A stretch of 64,000 bases of DNA, from contig OY782506.1 of assembly GCA_963677755.1 (NCBI GenBank), positions 958,137 to 1,022,136 of the forward strand, given 5' to 3'. The DNA comes from Arcobacteraceae bacterium. Lineage in GTDB: Bacteria; Campylobacterota; Campylobacteria; Campylobacterales; Arcobacteraceae. Made by a program: the position numbers and the translations under genes. A model generated the notes under the pieces. That model saw only the letters and a list, made by a program, of their open reading frames with translations, ran no database searches and had not been told where the DNA came from. This document shows positions 9,900 through 19,735 of the stretch, piece after piece. The first letter of the stretch is position 1, and every line of letters starts with the position of its first letter.

Positions 9900-11092
9900 T
9901 GGAACATTTAGCTGTAGAAGCCTTAAACTTTGTATTTCCAAATGATACACATGCGCATTGGACTTTAATGATTGTAATTTACCCATATATTACAGGAGTA
10001 GTTGCTGGAGCCTTTATAGTATCTGCTTTGGCTCATGTATTTCATGTGCAGTCACTTATGCCAGTTGCAAAATTTGCATTAATATTTGCACTTGCTTGGT
10101 TGTTGTTTGTAACAGCACCACTTCTAAATCATTTAGGGCATCCTGAAAGAGCTTTGAGTATGCTTTTTACCCCAAACTTTGGTGGACCATCTATGATGGC
10201 AGGGTTTGGTTATATCTATATGACATATTCTATTCTTTTAATTTTCGAGATTTTATTTGTATTTAGATACGAAATGATTTTATTAAAAGAGAAATCAACT
10301 GGAGTTAAAAAAACAATTTACAATATATTAACTTTAGGTACAAATGACAAATCTATTGAAGGTAGAAAGATAGATAGAAAGGTTGCTTTTATATTAGCAG
10401 CTATTGGTATTCCACTTGCTTGTAGTTTACATGGGTATGTTGGATTTATCTTTGGTGCTGTTAAAACTGTAGAGTGGTGGTTTACTCCACTTATGCCAAT
10501 TATTTTTTTACTTTCTGCTTCTGTTTCTGGAATTGCAGGTATGATTTTATTTTATATTTTGATAAAAAAATTTACAGGTAAAATAAGTGAGATAAAAACA
10601 GAAACAATTAAAACACTAGTAAAACTTCTTTGGGCATTTTTTATATTAGATTTTTTGTTTGAAATGATAGAAATATCTGTTCATGCTTATGGTGGTACGG
10701 AGGGTTGGCATCATGTTAGTTCTGCTTTAAATGGTCCATTAAGCTGGTCGTTTTGGACTATGCAAGTTGAAATATTATCAATTATACCATTTATAGTACT
10801 TGGATTTTTGTCATTGAAAAATGTAAGTAGAAATACATTGATGATACTCTCTCCCATCATATCTTTTATGCTTTTAGCACAGGTTTTATTTATGAGATGG
10901 AATGTTGTAATAGGTGGGCAGATAATGGCAAAAAGTGAGAGAGGTTTTGCAGTATATCATCCAACAATGTTTGAAAAAGAAGGTATTTTAGTAACTATTA
11001 TCATGCTTGTGGCTCCCATAGTTACATTGTGGTTGTTAAGTAAAATATTCCCACTTTGGGAAACTCAAGTTGATAAAGAACCTTTAGTTTAA
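9899..11092 (+). CDS. NrfD/PsrC-family integral membrane quinone-interacting subunit
   Basis: 397 aa polytopic membrane protein. Its start codon overlaps the stop of the FeS gene (TAATG). Gene order is typical of NrfCD-type modules. Confidence 0.8.
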   Translation: MEHLAVEALNFVFPNDTHAHWTLMIVIYPYITGVVAGAFIVSALAHVFHVQSLMPVAKFALIFALAWLLFVTAPLLNHLGHPERALSMLFTPNFGGPSMMAGFGYIYMTYSILLIFEILFVFRYEMILLKEKSTGVKKTIYNILTLGTNDKSIEGRKIDRKVAFILAAIGIPLACSLHGYVGFIFGAVKTVEWWFTPLMPIIFLLSASVSGIAGMILFYILIKKFTGKISEIKTETIKTLVKLLWAFFILDFLFEMIEISVHAYGGTEGWHHVSSALNGPLSWSFWTMQVEILSIIPFIVLGFLSLKNVSRNTLMILSPIISFMLLAQVLFMRWNVVIGGQIMAKSERGFAVYHPTMFEKEGILVTIIMLVAPIVTLWLLSKIFPLWETQVDKEPLV

Positions 11093-11213
11093 AGTAGAAG
11101 TTGTTTATATGTACTAGTGTGCAGTGAAGAGTAAATATCATGTCGTTTATTGTTCATTGTACACTAGGAACTGATTTGTGGTAGGATGGTCGGATTTTAC
11201 AAAGGAGAATCTC

Positions 11214-12794
11214 ATGAAATTAAGCAAATTGTTAATTGCTATGGTATTAGTTGTTGGTTTGGGGAGTAGCTTATATGCTACGACAAAGGCTTCTTCAAAG
11301 GTAAGACATGAAAGTGTTAAAGATGCAAATGATAAGTGTGTTACATGTCACCTGAAAGAAAACAGGTCATTAGTTGATCATTATGAAAACTCAGCACATG
11401 CTGTATCAGATGTTGGATGTTTTACCTGTCATGCAGCAGATAAAAAAGATCCTTTAGGTTATGAACACGAAGGTGCTTTTATTAAAACAATTCAAACACC
11501 TAATGACTGTAATTTTTGTCATGTAAAAGAGGTGAAAGAGATGACAAACTCTCACCATGCAACTGCGGGTCAGATTATGGCATCTTTAGATAATATGCTT
11601 GCAGAAGTTATAGCATCTTTCCCAGATAGTAAAGCAGATGCTGTAAGTGGTTGTTGGCAATGTCATGGTGGAATTATTAAACCTGAAAAAGACAAACACG
11701 GTAAAATTATTTATAATGAGGCTGGTGCACCAGTTATGGATTGGATGACTTGGCCAAATTCAGGTATTGGTAGAATTAATCACGATGGAACAAGAGGCTC
11801 TTGTAATGCTTGTCACTCAAGACATGACTTTAGTTCTAGTCGGGCAAGACAACCAGAAAATTGTGGTAAATGTCACTTAGGTCCTGATCATCCTCAAAAA
11901 GAGATTTATGAAGAGTCTAAACACGGTATTGCCTATTATGCTGCACCAAAAGGTGATGTTCCAGGTGGTATGAATATTCATAAACAAGGTTCTTGGGTAT
12001 TAGGTAAAGATTATAACGCTGCACCTACTTGTGCTACTTGTCATATGGGTAGTTATAAAAAATCAAATGGTTCTATTGTAAAAGGAACACATAATGTTGG
12101 AGATAGAATTTCATGGACTTTGAGACCAGCTGTATCAGTTAAGTTGAATAGAGTAGTTTTTGAAGATGGTACTGTTCAAGATATTCCCGGTGAAAAAGCT
12201 CCAGCAATAGGTTCAATGCAAACTTTTAAAGATTATGAGAGAGTTGGAGATAAACTTAGCAAAATCATGAAAAAGAAAAAAGTTAAAGAGGTAATTTCTT
12301 GGGAAAAAAGAAGAGATAATATGAAACAAGTTTGTTCATCTTGTCACTCTGACCACCATGTGGATAACTTCTATAAACAATTTGATTCTTTAGTGAATAC
12401 ATATAATGATAAATTTGCAAAACCTGGTGTTGAACTAGTAAAACAAATGAAAAAAGATGGTGTTTGGAAGAAATCTGGGTTCCAACAAGATGATATAGGG
12501 TATATTTGGTTTGAGATATGGCATCATGAAGGGCGTCGAGCTAGACATGGAGCTGCAATGCAAGCACCAGATTTTACTCATTGGCATGGTATGTATGAAG
12601 TATCAAGACACTTTTATAATAAGTTTTTACCAAAAGTATTAAAACTTGCTAAAAAGGCTGGTATGGAAGATAAGTATAAAAAACTTATTAGTGATTTACT
12701 AGATAAACCTGAGCATGAATGGTATAAAACTGGTGGTAATCCTGCAACTCTTAAAATGATTGAAGAAGAGAATAAAGCAAGATACAAACAATAA
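11214..12794 (+). CDS. octahaem cytochrome c, hydroxylamine oxidoreductase (HAO) family
   Basis: Eight CXXCH motifs (CVTCH, CFTCH, CNFCH, CWQCH, CNACH, CGKCH, CATCH, CSSCH). HAO-like block CNACHSRHDFS...CGKCHLGPDHPQKEIYEESKHG. Signal peptide MKLSKLLIAMVLVVGLGSSLYA. ATG 11214 follows AAGGAG and is preferred over the track GTG at 11178. Confidence 0.8.
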   Translation: MKLSKLLIAMVLVVGLGSSLYATTKASSKVRHESVKDANDKCVTCHLKENRSLVDHYENSAHAVSDVGCFTCHAADKKDPLGYEHEGAFIKTIQTPNDCNFCHVKEVKEMTNSHHATAGQIMASLDNMLAEVIASFPDSKADAVSGCWQCHGGIIKPEKDKHGKIIYNEAGAPVMDWMTWPNSGIGRINHDGTRGSCNACHSRHDFSSSRARQPENCGKCHLGPDHPQKEIYEESKHGIAYYAAPKGDVPGGMNIHKQGSWVLGKDYNAAPTCATCHMGSYKKSNGSIVKGTHNVGDRISWTLRPAVSVKLNRVVFEDGTVQDIPGEKAPAIGSMQTFKDYERVGDKLSKIMKKKKVKEVISWEKRRDNMKQVCSSCHSDHHVDNFYKQFDSLVNTYNDKFAKPGVELVKQMKKDGVWKKSGFQQDDIGYIWFEIWHHEGRRARHGAAMQAPDFTHWHGMYEVSRHFYNKFLPKVLKLAKKAGMEDKYKKLISDLLDKPEHEWYKTGGNPATLKMIEEENKARYKQ

Positions 12795-12796
12795 TT

Positions 12797-12831
12797 TATA
12801 AAATCTTTGGGCTTTTGCCCAAGATTTTATA
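12797..12831 (+). terminator. rho-independent terminator after the octahaem gene
   Basis: AAAATCTTTGGGC-tttt-GCCCAAGATTTT hairpin followed by a T/A-rich tail. Confidence 0.6.
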
Positions 12832-12899
12832 ATATTAAATATTAAGTATTGAGTGTCAATATTTAAGATTTAATATTAAAATAAGAAATAGGAGAAATT

Positions 12900-13514
12900 A
12901 TGAAAGCTATAGTGAAAGTATTGTTGGTTGTATCTATATTTGGTACAGGTTTATTAAGTGCGAATGGTATTTATGAAAAAGTAGAAAATATGAAAAAAGG
13001 ACTTGATGGCTATATTCTGGGTTCAACTTTAAAAAAAGAACAGCAGAGCAATAGCATACCAAGTGATAATGATAAAGTAAAAAAGTATCTTATAAATGAT
13101 GATTTATTAATCGCTATAAATGTAAAAAATAACAAGATTTTAGCAATAAATAAAAGATTTAATGCGGTAAAACAATTAGAAATAAAATCAATGATTGGTT
13201 CATTAATACATGATTATGATGAACCAACAGCAATGGCACATGATAAAATGATATATTGGGTATATGATAAAAATGGTAAAAAATTAACAGAAGATGATTT
13301 AAAAAATTGGAAAGATTCATTAAAAGTTGCAAAAACAAAGTTACCTTTAGTAGAAGCAATTAAAGTAGATACTAAACAAGTTGATTTTGACCCTTATGTA
13401 TCAATAAAAATGACTTCAGACCAACCAATGATGACAAAAGTAAAAGATGAAAAGTTAGCTAATGTATACTTAATGGTTTCATCAGAAAAATTAATACAAA
13501 ATACAATGAAATAA
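12900..13514 (+). CDS. secreted hypothetical protein, 204 aa
   Basis: N-terminal signal peptide (MKAIVKVLLVVSIFGTGLLSA) and an RBS (AGGAG) upstream. No recognisable domain. Confidence 0.6.
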   Translation: MKAIVKVLLVVSIFGTGLLSANGIYEKVENMKKGLDGYILGSTLKKEQQSNSIPSDNDKVKKYLINDDLLIAINVKNNKILAINKRFNAVKQLEIKSMIGSLIHDYDEPTAMAHDKMIYWVYDKNGKKLTEDDLKNWKDSLKVAKTKLPLVEAIKVDTKQVDFDPYVSIKMTSDQPMMTKVKDEKLANVYLMVSSEKLIQNTMK

Positions 13515-13522
13515 AATAAATA

Positions 13523-14089
13523 ATGAAAACAATTTCACTATATACTAAAATACTATATATAGTTTTATTATTATCAATCAATAGTTTTGCTTCATCAAAA
13601 ATTGATTTATTAATTGAAAAAAAAGAGTTTGAGAAAATAGCAGACTTGATTAGTGAGACAAAAATTATTTATAGTGATACTAATCTTCCAGATAATTCGA
13701 ATGATGGTGATTTGATTATTATTAGTAATGAGTATGAAATAAAGCAATTTTTCGAATTTTACAATGGTATTTGGAATGAAAAAGTTACTGAAGAGATAGC
13801 TAAATTACTTGGCAATGATAGTGGGACAACATATGGAAATCTTTTTAATTATAAAGTGAATTCAAAAGAGTTTAATGCTTATGAAACAGATGATTTTAAA
13901 TATGAAAAAAGTGAAGTAAGTTCTGTTGTCGTGAAGATAATAAATTCAAAAAATAGTGAATATGACATTAATAATAATATTAATATATATTTAAAAGAGC
14001 ATACAATTGATATTGATAATATAATCAATATACAAATAAGTGATACAAATTTAAAAAATTGCAAAATAATAATTATTTATGAATTATAA
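13523..14089 (+). CDS. secreted hypothetical protein, 188 aa
   Basis: Signal peptide (LLLSINSFASS). Closely follows the previous ORF. Confidence 0.55.
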   Translation: MKTISLYTKILYIVLLLSINSFASSKIDLLIEKKEFEKIADLISETKIIYSDTNLPDNSNDGDLIIISNEYEIKQFFEFYNGIWNEKVTEEIAKLLGNDSGTTYGNLFNYKVNSKEFNAYETDDFKYEKSEVSSVVVKIINSKNSEYDINNNINIYLKEHTIDIDNIINIQISDTNLKNCKIIIIYEL

Positions 14090-14231
14090 TAAATGTAAAA
14101 CAAACCTTATAGGATATTATTAAGTACAATTAATTACTGTTATAATATTTACATTGTTAGGCTAGTTCTGTTATAATCTTTCATTATTTTTAAGAAGGAT
14201 ATTTTACAATGATTATCAAAAGGATTTCTTT

Positions 14232-16967
14232 ATGCAAGAGCAGAGTATAGTTAAAAAGTTTGCAGATATATTATTTTCATATTGGACAATGTTAATTTTA
14301 TTATTTTTATTAGGTGCAGGTGCAGGTGTTGCTACATTTATAGAAAATGATTTTGGTACATCAACGGCACGAGTTTTAGTTTATAATAACATATGGTATG
14401 AAGTAGTTATGGTGCTTACTTGTATTAACTTGCTTGGTATTATTTATAGAAGAAAAATGTGGAAGCAAAAAGCTAAGTTTATTTTTCATATCTCATTTGT
14501 AGTAATGTTAATTGGTGCTGGGATAACTCGATATGCAGGTTATGAAGGTATTATGCATATTAAAGAGGGACAAACACAAAATGAGATGATCTCTTTAGAG
14601 CCTTATTTACAAGTTACAATTATTGATAATGGAAAAACTTATTATGCAGAATTTCAAAAAGAATTTAGTGCAATAGGAAGTAATTATTTTAATCATGATA
14701 TTGAGTTTGGTGATAAAATTTTAAATATTGAATTAGATAATTACAAGTTTGCAAAAAAAGCAAAAGCTACTATGAATTTAATTGGAGTAAAGTTTACAAT
14801 TGATGATGAGGAAAAAGTAGAAAAACTTGTGGGACAAAGAGGAAATTCAGGTCTTGTAAGAGATATGAGTTTTCAAGAAAATGTTAGAGTAATAGTAACT
14901 TATGGTTCTAAACCTTTAACTGTACCATTTTCTATTAAATTAAATGATTTTCAACTAGATCGTTATCCAGGAAGTATGTCTCCATCTTCTTACGCAAGTG
15001 AAGTAACACTTATAGATGTGGAAAATGATGTTAAATTTGACTATAGGATATTTATGAATTCAACTTTAAAATATGGTGGTTTCCAATTTTTCCAAAGTTC
15101 ATATGACCCAGATGAAACTGGAACTGTACTTTCTGTAAATAAAGACCCAGGAACAATCCCTACATATATAGGATACTTTTTACTGGCACTTGGGCTTTTA
15201 ATGAATATGTTTGATAAAAAATCAAGATTTACAAAACTTCTTCAGTATACAAAACAGTTTAATAGTATAGCAATTATTCTTGTTGCAACAGCAATTTTTA
15301 CAAATACCTCTTATGCAAATGATACGGTAGAGTATCTTGAAAAGTATAAAGTAGAGTCAAAAGAAACTGCTAAATTGTTTGGTAAGTTAGTAACCCAATC
15401 AAGTATGGGAAGAATGAAACCTATTGATTCTTTAAATCGTGAAATACTTAATAAACTCTCAAGAAAAAGTTCATTTTTAGGTATGAATCCAGATCAAGTT
15501 GTATTAGGTATGATTACTCGTCCAGAGGTTTGGCGAGAGTTAAAAATGTTGAAAATAACAACTCCAAAACTTAAAAGAGAATTAGGACTTGAAGATAGTA
15601 GAAAGTATGTTGCTTTTTCTGAAATGTTTACACCACAAGGTGAATATAAACTAAAAGAACTTATTAACAGTGTAAATGCAATGAATCCAAATCAAAGAGG
15701 TACTTTTGAAAAGGATATTTTAAAACTTGATGAGCGATTAAATATTGCATATATGGTTTATTTTGGAAATTTATTTAATATTTTTCCACGACCTGATGAT
15801 GGGCATAACCACGACAATACCAAATGGTACACACCAATTGATGCAATGGATCAATTTCATGATAAAGATAAACAAATTGTACAGCTTATGGTTAGAGGAT
15901 TTATTGACAATGTGGTTGCTGCTAAATATGAAGATGCAAATAAATATATTGGTTTAATTGCACAGTTTCAAAGAAAAATAGGAAAAGATGTAATTCCATC
16001 AGAAGATGTTATTAATAGTGAGATACTTTTTAATGAATTATCAATATTTGGAAAGTTAACAATAGCATATATGCTACTTGGTATTATCTTATTTGTAGTG
16101 TCATTTTTAACTGTTTTCAATAAAAAGTGGACTTCAAAAAAACTTAATACAGCAATATTTGTAATACTAGCAGTGTTGTTTGCAATACACACTTTTGGTA
16201 TGGGACATAGATGGTATATAAGTGGACATGCTCCTTGGAGTGATACTTATGAGTCTTTAGTCTATATCGCTTGGTCTGTAATGTTTGCAGGGGTTATCTT
16301 CTTTAGAAAATCACTTATGGCACTAAGTGCTACAGTGGTTATGGCTGGAGTGTTTATGTTTACAGCACATCTTACAGGGATAGATCCACAAATAACAAAT
16401 CTTGTACCAGTTTTAAAATCATATTGGCTTACAATTCATGTATCTATTATTACAGGTTCTTATGGTTTCTTAGCAATAGGTGCTATGCTTGGATTTATGT
16501 CAATGGTTTTATTTATCTTTAGAGATCCAAATAAACCACATATTGATGACAATATTAAACATATAACGGCTATTAATGAAGCTGCACTTATATTAGGTTT
16601 AGCTGCTTTAGTTGTAGGAAACTTCTTAGGTGGAGTTTGGGCAAATGAGTCTTGGGGAAGATACTGGGGATGGGATCCTAAAGAGACTTGGGCTTATGTA
16701 GCTATTGTATTTTATGCATTGGTTATTCATCTTAGATTTATACCAAAACTTAATACACCTTATGTATTTGCAGTAGCTTCAACTTGGGCTTTTTCAACTA
16801 TATTGATGACATATTTTGGAGTAAACTTTTATCTTAGTGGAATGCACTCATATGCAACAGGTGATCCTGTACCAATTCCTACATGGGCTTATGTTCTGAC
16901 TTCATTAGTATTGGTTGTGACACTACTTGCTAGTAGAAAAAGGGATTTATCTAAATTAAAAGTATAA
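14232..16967 (+). CDS. ccsBA: fused system II cytochrome c synthase CcsBA (ResB-CcsA)
   Basis: 911 aa. N-terminal ResB-like region with a large periplasmic loop. C-terminal CcsA with the WWD motif WGRYWGWDPKETW and conserved His residues. Confidence 0.9.
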   Translation: MQEQSIVKKFADILFSYWTMLILLFLLGAGAGVATFIENDFGTSTARVLVYNNIWYEVVMVLTCINLLGIIYRRKMWKQKAKFIFHISFVVMLIGAGITRYAGYEGIMHIKEGQTQNEMISLEPYLQVTIIDNGKTYYAEFQKEFSAIGSNYFNHDIEFGDKILNIELDNYKFAKKAKATMNLIGVKFTIDDEEKVEKLVGQRGNSGLVRDMSFQENVRVIVTYGSKPLTVPFSIKLNDFQLDRYPGSMSPSSYASEVTLIDVENDVKFDYRIFMNSTLKYGGFQFFQSSYDPDETGTVLSVNKDPGTIPTYIGYFLLALGLLMNMFDKKSRFTKLLQYTKQFNSIAIILVATAIFTNTSYANDTVEYLEKYKVESKETAKLFGKLVTQSSMGRMKPIDSLNREILNKLSRKSSFLGMNPDQVVLGMITRPEVWRELKMLKITTPKLKRELGLEDSRKYVAFSEMFTPQGEYKLKELINSVNAMNPNQRGTFEKDILKLDERLNIAYMVYFGNLFNIFPRPDDGHNHDNTKWYTPIDAMDQFHDKDKQIVQLMVRGFIDNVVAAKYEDANKYIGLIAQFQRKIGKDVIPSEDVINSEILFNELSIFGKLTIAYMLLGIILFVVSFLTVFNKKWTSKKLNTAIFVILAVLFAIHTFGMGHRWYISGHAPWSDTYESLVYIAWSVMFAGVIFFRKSLMALSATVVMAGVFMFTAHLTGIDPQITNLVPVLKSYWLTIHVSIITGSYGFLAIGAMLGFMSMVLFIFRDPNKPHIDDNIKHITAINEAALILGLAALVVGNFLGGVWANESWGRYWGWDPKETWAYVAIVFYALVIHLRFIPKLNTPYVFAVASTWAFSTILMTYFGVNFYLSGMHSYATGDPVPIPTWAYVLTSLVLVVTLLASRKRDLSKLKV

Positions 16968-16998
16968 AAAAAGGTTGCTTTTTAGCAACCTTTTTTAT
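16966..16998. terminator. bidirectional terminator between convergent genes
   Basis: AAAAAAGGTTGCT-tttt-AGCAACCTTTTTT. Confidence 0.6.
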
Positions 16999-17861
16999 TT
17001 TCCAATTTTTATAACACTTTTAAGAAGTTGGTATAATAAAAATAAAAAAACAAGTGGAAAAAATATGGTTTTAAAACTAAATGCTACAATAAGATTTAAA
17101 ATATAATCACTTGTTTTTTCTGTCGTTTTTTGATACTCATTTACTTTGTTTTTGTAGTAGTTTAGATTAAAAATATTATTTGTGACACTATTAAAAGTTT
17201 GTGTTATGGAGTCAACTAAACTATTGTCTTTTTCAGATATAGTTTGTTTATCTTCTATTGTTTGTTGTGTGATATTATTAATATTTTCAGCTGATTTATT
17301 AATCAAGTTTTGATTTATCTCTATATTGTAATCATTTTTTACATAATGTTCATAAACAAAACTATTTAACATTGACATAATAGGTATACTAAATCGTAAA
17401 AATATCAAAACGATAGTTACCCTAAAAAAAATATCTCTAATTTTTATATCATTTGAAAATCTTATAAACATCCAAATATTTAAAATAACAATAAAGACTA
17501 TAACAATGATTGTAAATATATCCCCAGAAACAAAGTTTAAAAGTATTTTTTGAATACCAAGAGAGGTTATACTTGCTAACATAATCCACGAAAACTGTTC
17601 AACTAAATCATTAATAGGGTCAAGTACTTCACCTACACTAATAGTTAAAATTGCTGCATTTATTTCTGTTCCTTGTGCTAAAGAAATAGCACCATTGAGA
17701 CCTTTTGCTACAGCAAACACTTTTATAGCACTACTAAGTGAATCTGTAACGATAGATTCGCCTTTAGTATCTATTTGAACTGTATATGATATTGTGATGA
17801 TGAAAAAAGAAAAAAGAACAATCAGTATTTTGTTAAAATTTATTTTTACTAGGTGTAGCAT
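16995..17861 (-). CDS. hypothetical membrane protein, 288 aa
   Basis: Several hydrophobic helices. No recognised motif. Confidence 0.55.
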   Translation of the reverse strand: MLHLVKINFNKILIVLFSFFIITISYTVQIDTKGESIVTDSLSSAIKVFAVAKGLNGAISLAQGTEINAAILTISVGEVLDPINDLVEQFSWIMLASITSLGIQKILLNFVSGDIFTIIVIVFIVILNIWMFIRFSNDIKIRDIFFRVTIVLIFLRFSIPIMSMLNSFVYEHYVKNDYNIEINQNLINKSAENINNITQQTIEDKQTISEKDNSLVDSITQTFNSVTNNIFNLNYYKNKVNEYQKTTEKTSDYILNLIVAFSFKTIFFPLVFLFLLYQLLKSVIKIGK

Positions 17862-17908
17862 ATTATTTCCTATATATGAAGTATTGTATACATTATACAG
17901 AAATTAAG

Positions 17909-19735
17909 TTAGATTATTAAATACCTTTTTCCCTCTTTATTTTCTATACTACTTGTTTGGTCTAGATAATCTAAATAGGCTATCATATATTTTCTACTCA
18001 TATTATATTTTTGTTTAAAGTTTTTAATATCTATATATCCCTCTTCTTTGATAATATTTTTCATAGAGGTTATTAAGTTAGAGAGTACTTGTACCTCTAC
18101 AAATAAGTTGTGTTGTATCCTTATTAGAAGTTTTTTCTTTGTAAGTGATTTTAAAACATTATCGCCAAGTTTTCTATCAATATCTAAATCATCATATATA
18201 TTATATGGAGCTGTTGGGGTAAACCCCTCATTTTTTAATCTTTGTAATATGATATTAGATAACTTATCTTCAATATTCTCTTTTATATTACTATTTTTAT
18301 ATAGATTTCCCTCTTGGGTAAGTATATTTTCGTTGCACAGTTCTTGTAATGCAAGCTCTATAAAAGTATCACTTGCCCAAACAAGTCTTAGTCCAATAGA
18401 GCTATTTGATAGTAATGCATATTTATTTTTTGTGTAGATATTTTTAATAATATTTTTAATAGTCTCTTTAGTCTCTATTGGATAGATAACTAAAGATTTT
18501 TCATCTATAAAACAGTTCACCATATTATTTGCAAATCGTAAAGCTTCTTCGTGACTAAGGGCAAATCTTTGAGCAGAAGATACCAAACCTAAACCTTTTT
18601 TATGTACTTGCAATAATATTTTGTAAGCATCTGAAATATTGTTTTTTTCCAACACTTTTAAAAGTTCTAATTTTTGTGATTTTTTCATTGGGTCTATAAT
18701 TGGGTTTAAAATAATTCCACCAGCAATAGTGGTATTCCCTTGTCTAATAATTAACTTCTCACCATAAATTGAAAAAATATCTTCATTTGCTTTAATTGTT
18801 GCAAAACCATTTTCTAATATTAAAACTCTTGCTTCGATTTTTTTTGAACCTATGTAGATTGAATATACTACATTATGAGAAAGCTCTTTCCCTTTTAATA
18901 TACTATACGAAATATCTACTTGATTAAAACCTCTTAAAAAGCCTTTTTTACTAATTACAAAACCTTTTTTGATAAGTTTTGTGTCAATACTTTGTAGATT
19001 TAACGCTGCTCTATTTGAGATATTTGCAGTTTTTGTATCTTCTCCATGTACTTGAATTGCTTTTAATTTTACCTCTTTTTTTATATCACAGATAAAAACT
19101 TTCTCATCTTGCGATATAGGGTTTCCAAGAACTGTACCTGTTACAATAGTACCACTTCCTTTTGTATTAAAAACTCTATCTACATAATATCTAAAAAAGT
19201 TTTCAGATGGTTTTGTATCTGCTTGAAGTTCAAAAAGTCCCTCTTTTAATTCTTCAATAGAATCTTCATCAAATATAGAGACACTTTTTGATAAAACAAT
19301 ATCAAAATCATAAGAGTTGATAAACTCAATTATCTCATCTGTATTTTTTTGAAGCTCTTGTGGTGAAACTAAATCTTTTTTTGTGATAACTACAATTGCT
19401 TTTTTTAATCCTAGTATATTTAATATATCAAGATGCTCTATAGTTTGAGGCATAATTTTCTCTTTTGCACTGACAACTATCATAACAACATCAAAACTAA
19501 ATGCACCAGCAATCATATTTTTTACCAGTTTTTCATGTCCTGGAACATCTATAAAAGCGATATTCTTTTCACCTTGTGTAAGGTTAGAAAAAGATAAGTC
19601 TATGGTGATACCTCTTTGTTTTTCCTCATTTGTAGTATCACCCTCATAGCCATTAAGTGCTTTAACTAAAGCTGTTTTACCATGGTCAATATGTCCACAA
19701 GTTCCTACTATATAATTATACATCGCAAATTTCAC
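17909..19735 (-). CDS. selB: selenocysteine-specific elongation factor SelB
   Basis: 608 aa. GTPase motifs GHIDHGKT and DVPGHE, long C-terminal winged-helix extension, and a 20-nt overlap with selA. Confidence 0.92.
   Translation of the reverse strand: MKFAMYNYIVGTCGHIDHGKTALVKALNGYEGDTTNEEKQRGITIDLSFSNLTQGEKNIAFIDVPGHEKLVKNMIAGAFSFDVVMIVVSAKEKIMPQTIEHLDILNILGLKKAIVVITKKDLVSPQELQKNTDEIIEFINSYDFDIVLSKSVSIFDEDSIEELKEGLFELQADTKPSENFFRYYVDRVFNTKGSGTIVTGTVLGNPISQDEKVFICDIKKEVKLKAIQVHGEDTKTANISNRAALNLQSIDTKLIKKGFVISKKGFLRGFNQVDISYSILKGKELSHNVVYSIYIGSKKIEARVLILENGFATIKANEDIFSIYGEKLIIRQGNTTIAGGIILNPIIDPMKKSQKLELLKVLEKNNISDAYKILLQVHKKGLGLVSSAQRFALSHEEALRFANNMVNCFIDEKSLVIYPIETKETIKNIIKNIYTKNKYALLSNSSIGLRLVWASDTFIELALQELCNENILTQEGNLYKNSNIKENIEDKLSNIILQRLKNEGFTPTAPYNIYDDLDIDRKLGDNVLKSLTKKKLLIRIQHNLFVEVQVLSNLITSMKNIIKEEGYIDIKNFKQKYNMSRKYMIAYLDYLDQTSSIENKEGKRYLII

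Noticed and set aside
11178-12794. The octahaem cytochrome could be NrfA nitrite reductase or MccA sulfite reductase.
   Set aside because: There is no CXXCK motif (NrfA) and no CX15CH-type motif, and the protein lacks the ~700-aa size expected of MccA. The CNACHSRHDFS...CGKCH block fits the HAO family instead. The family-level call is kept and the substrate left open.
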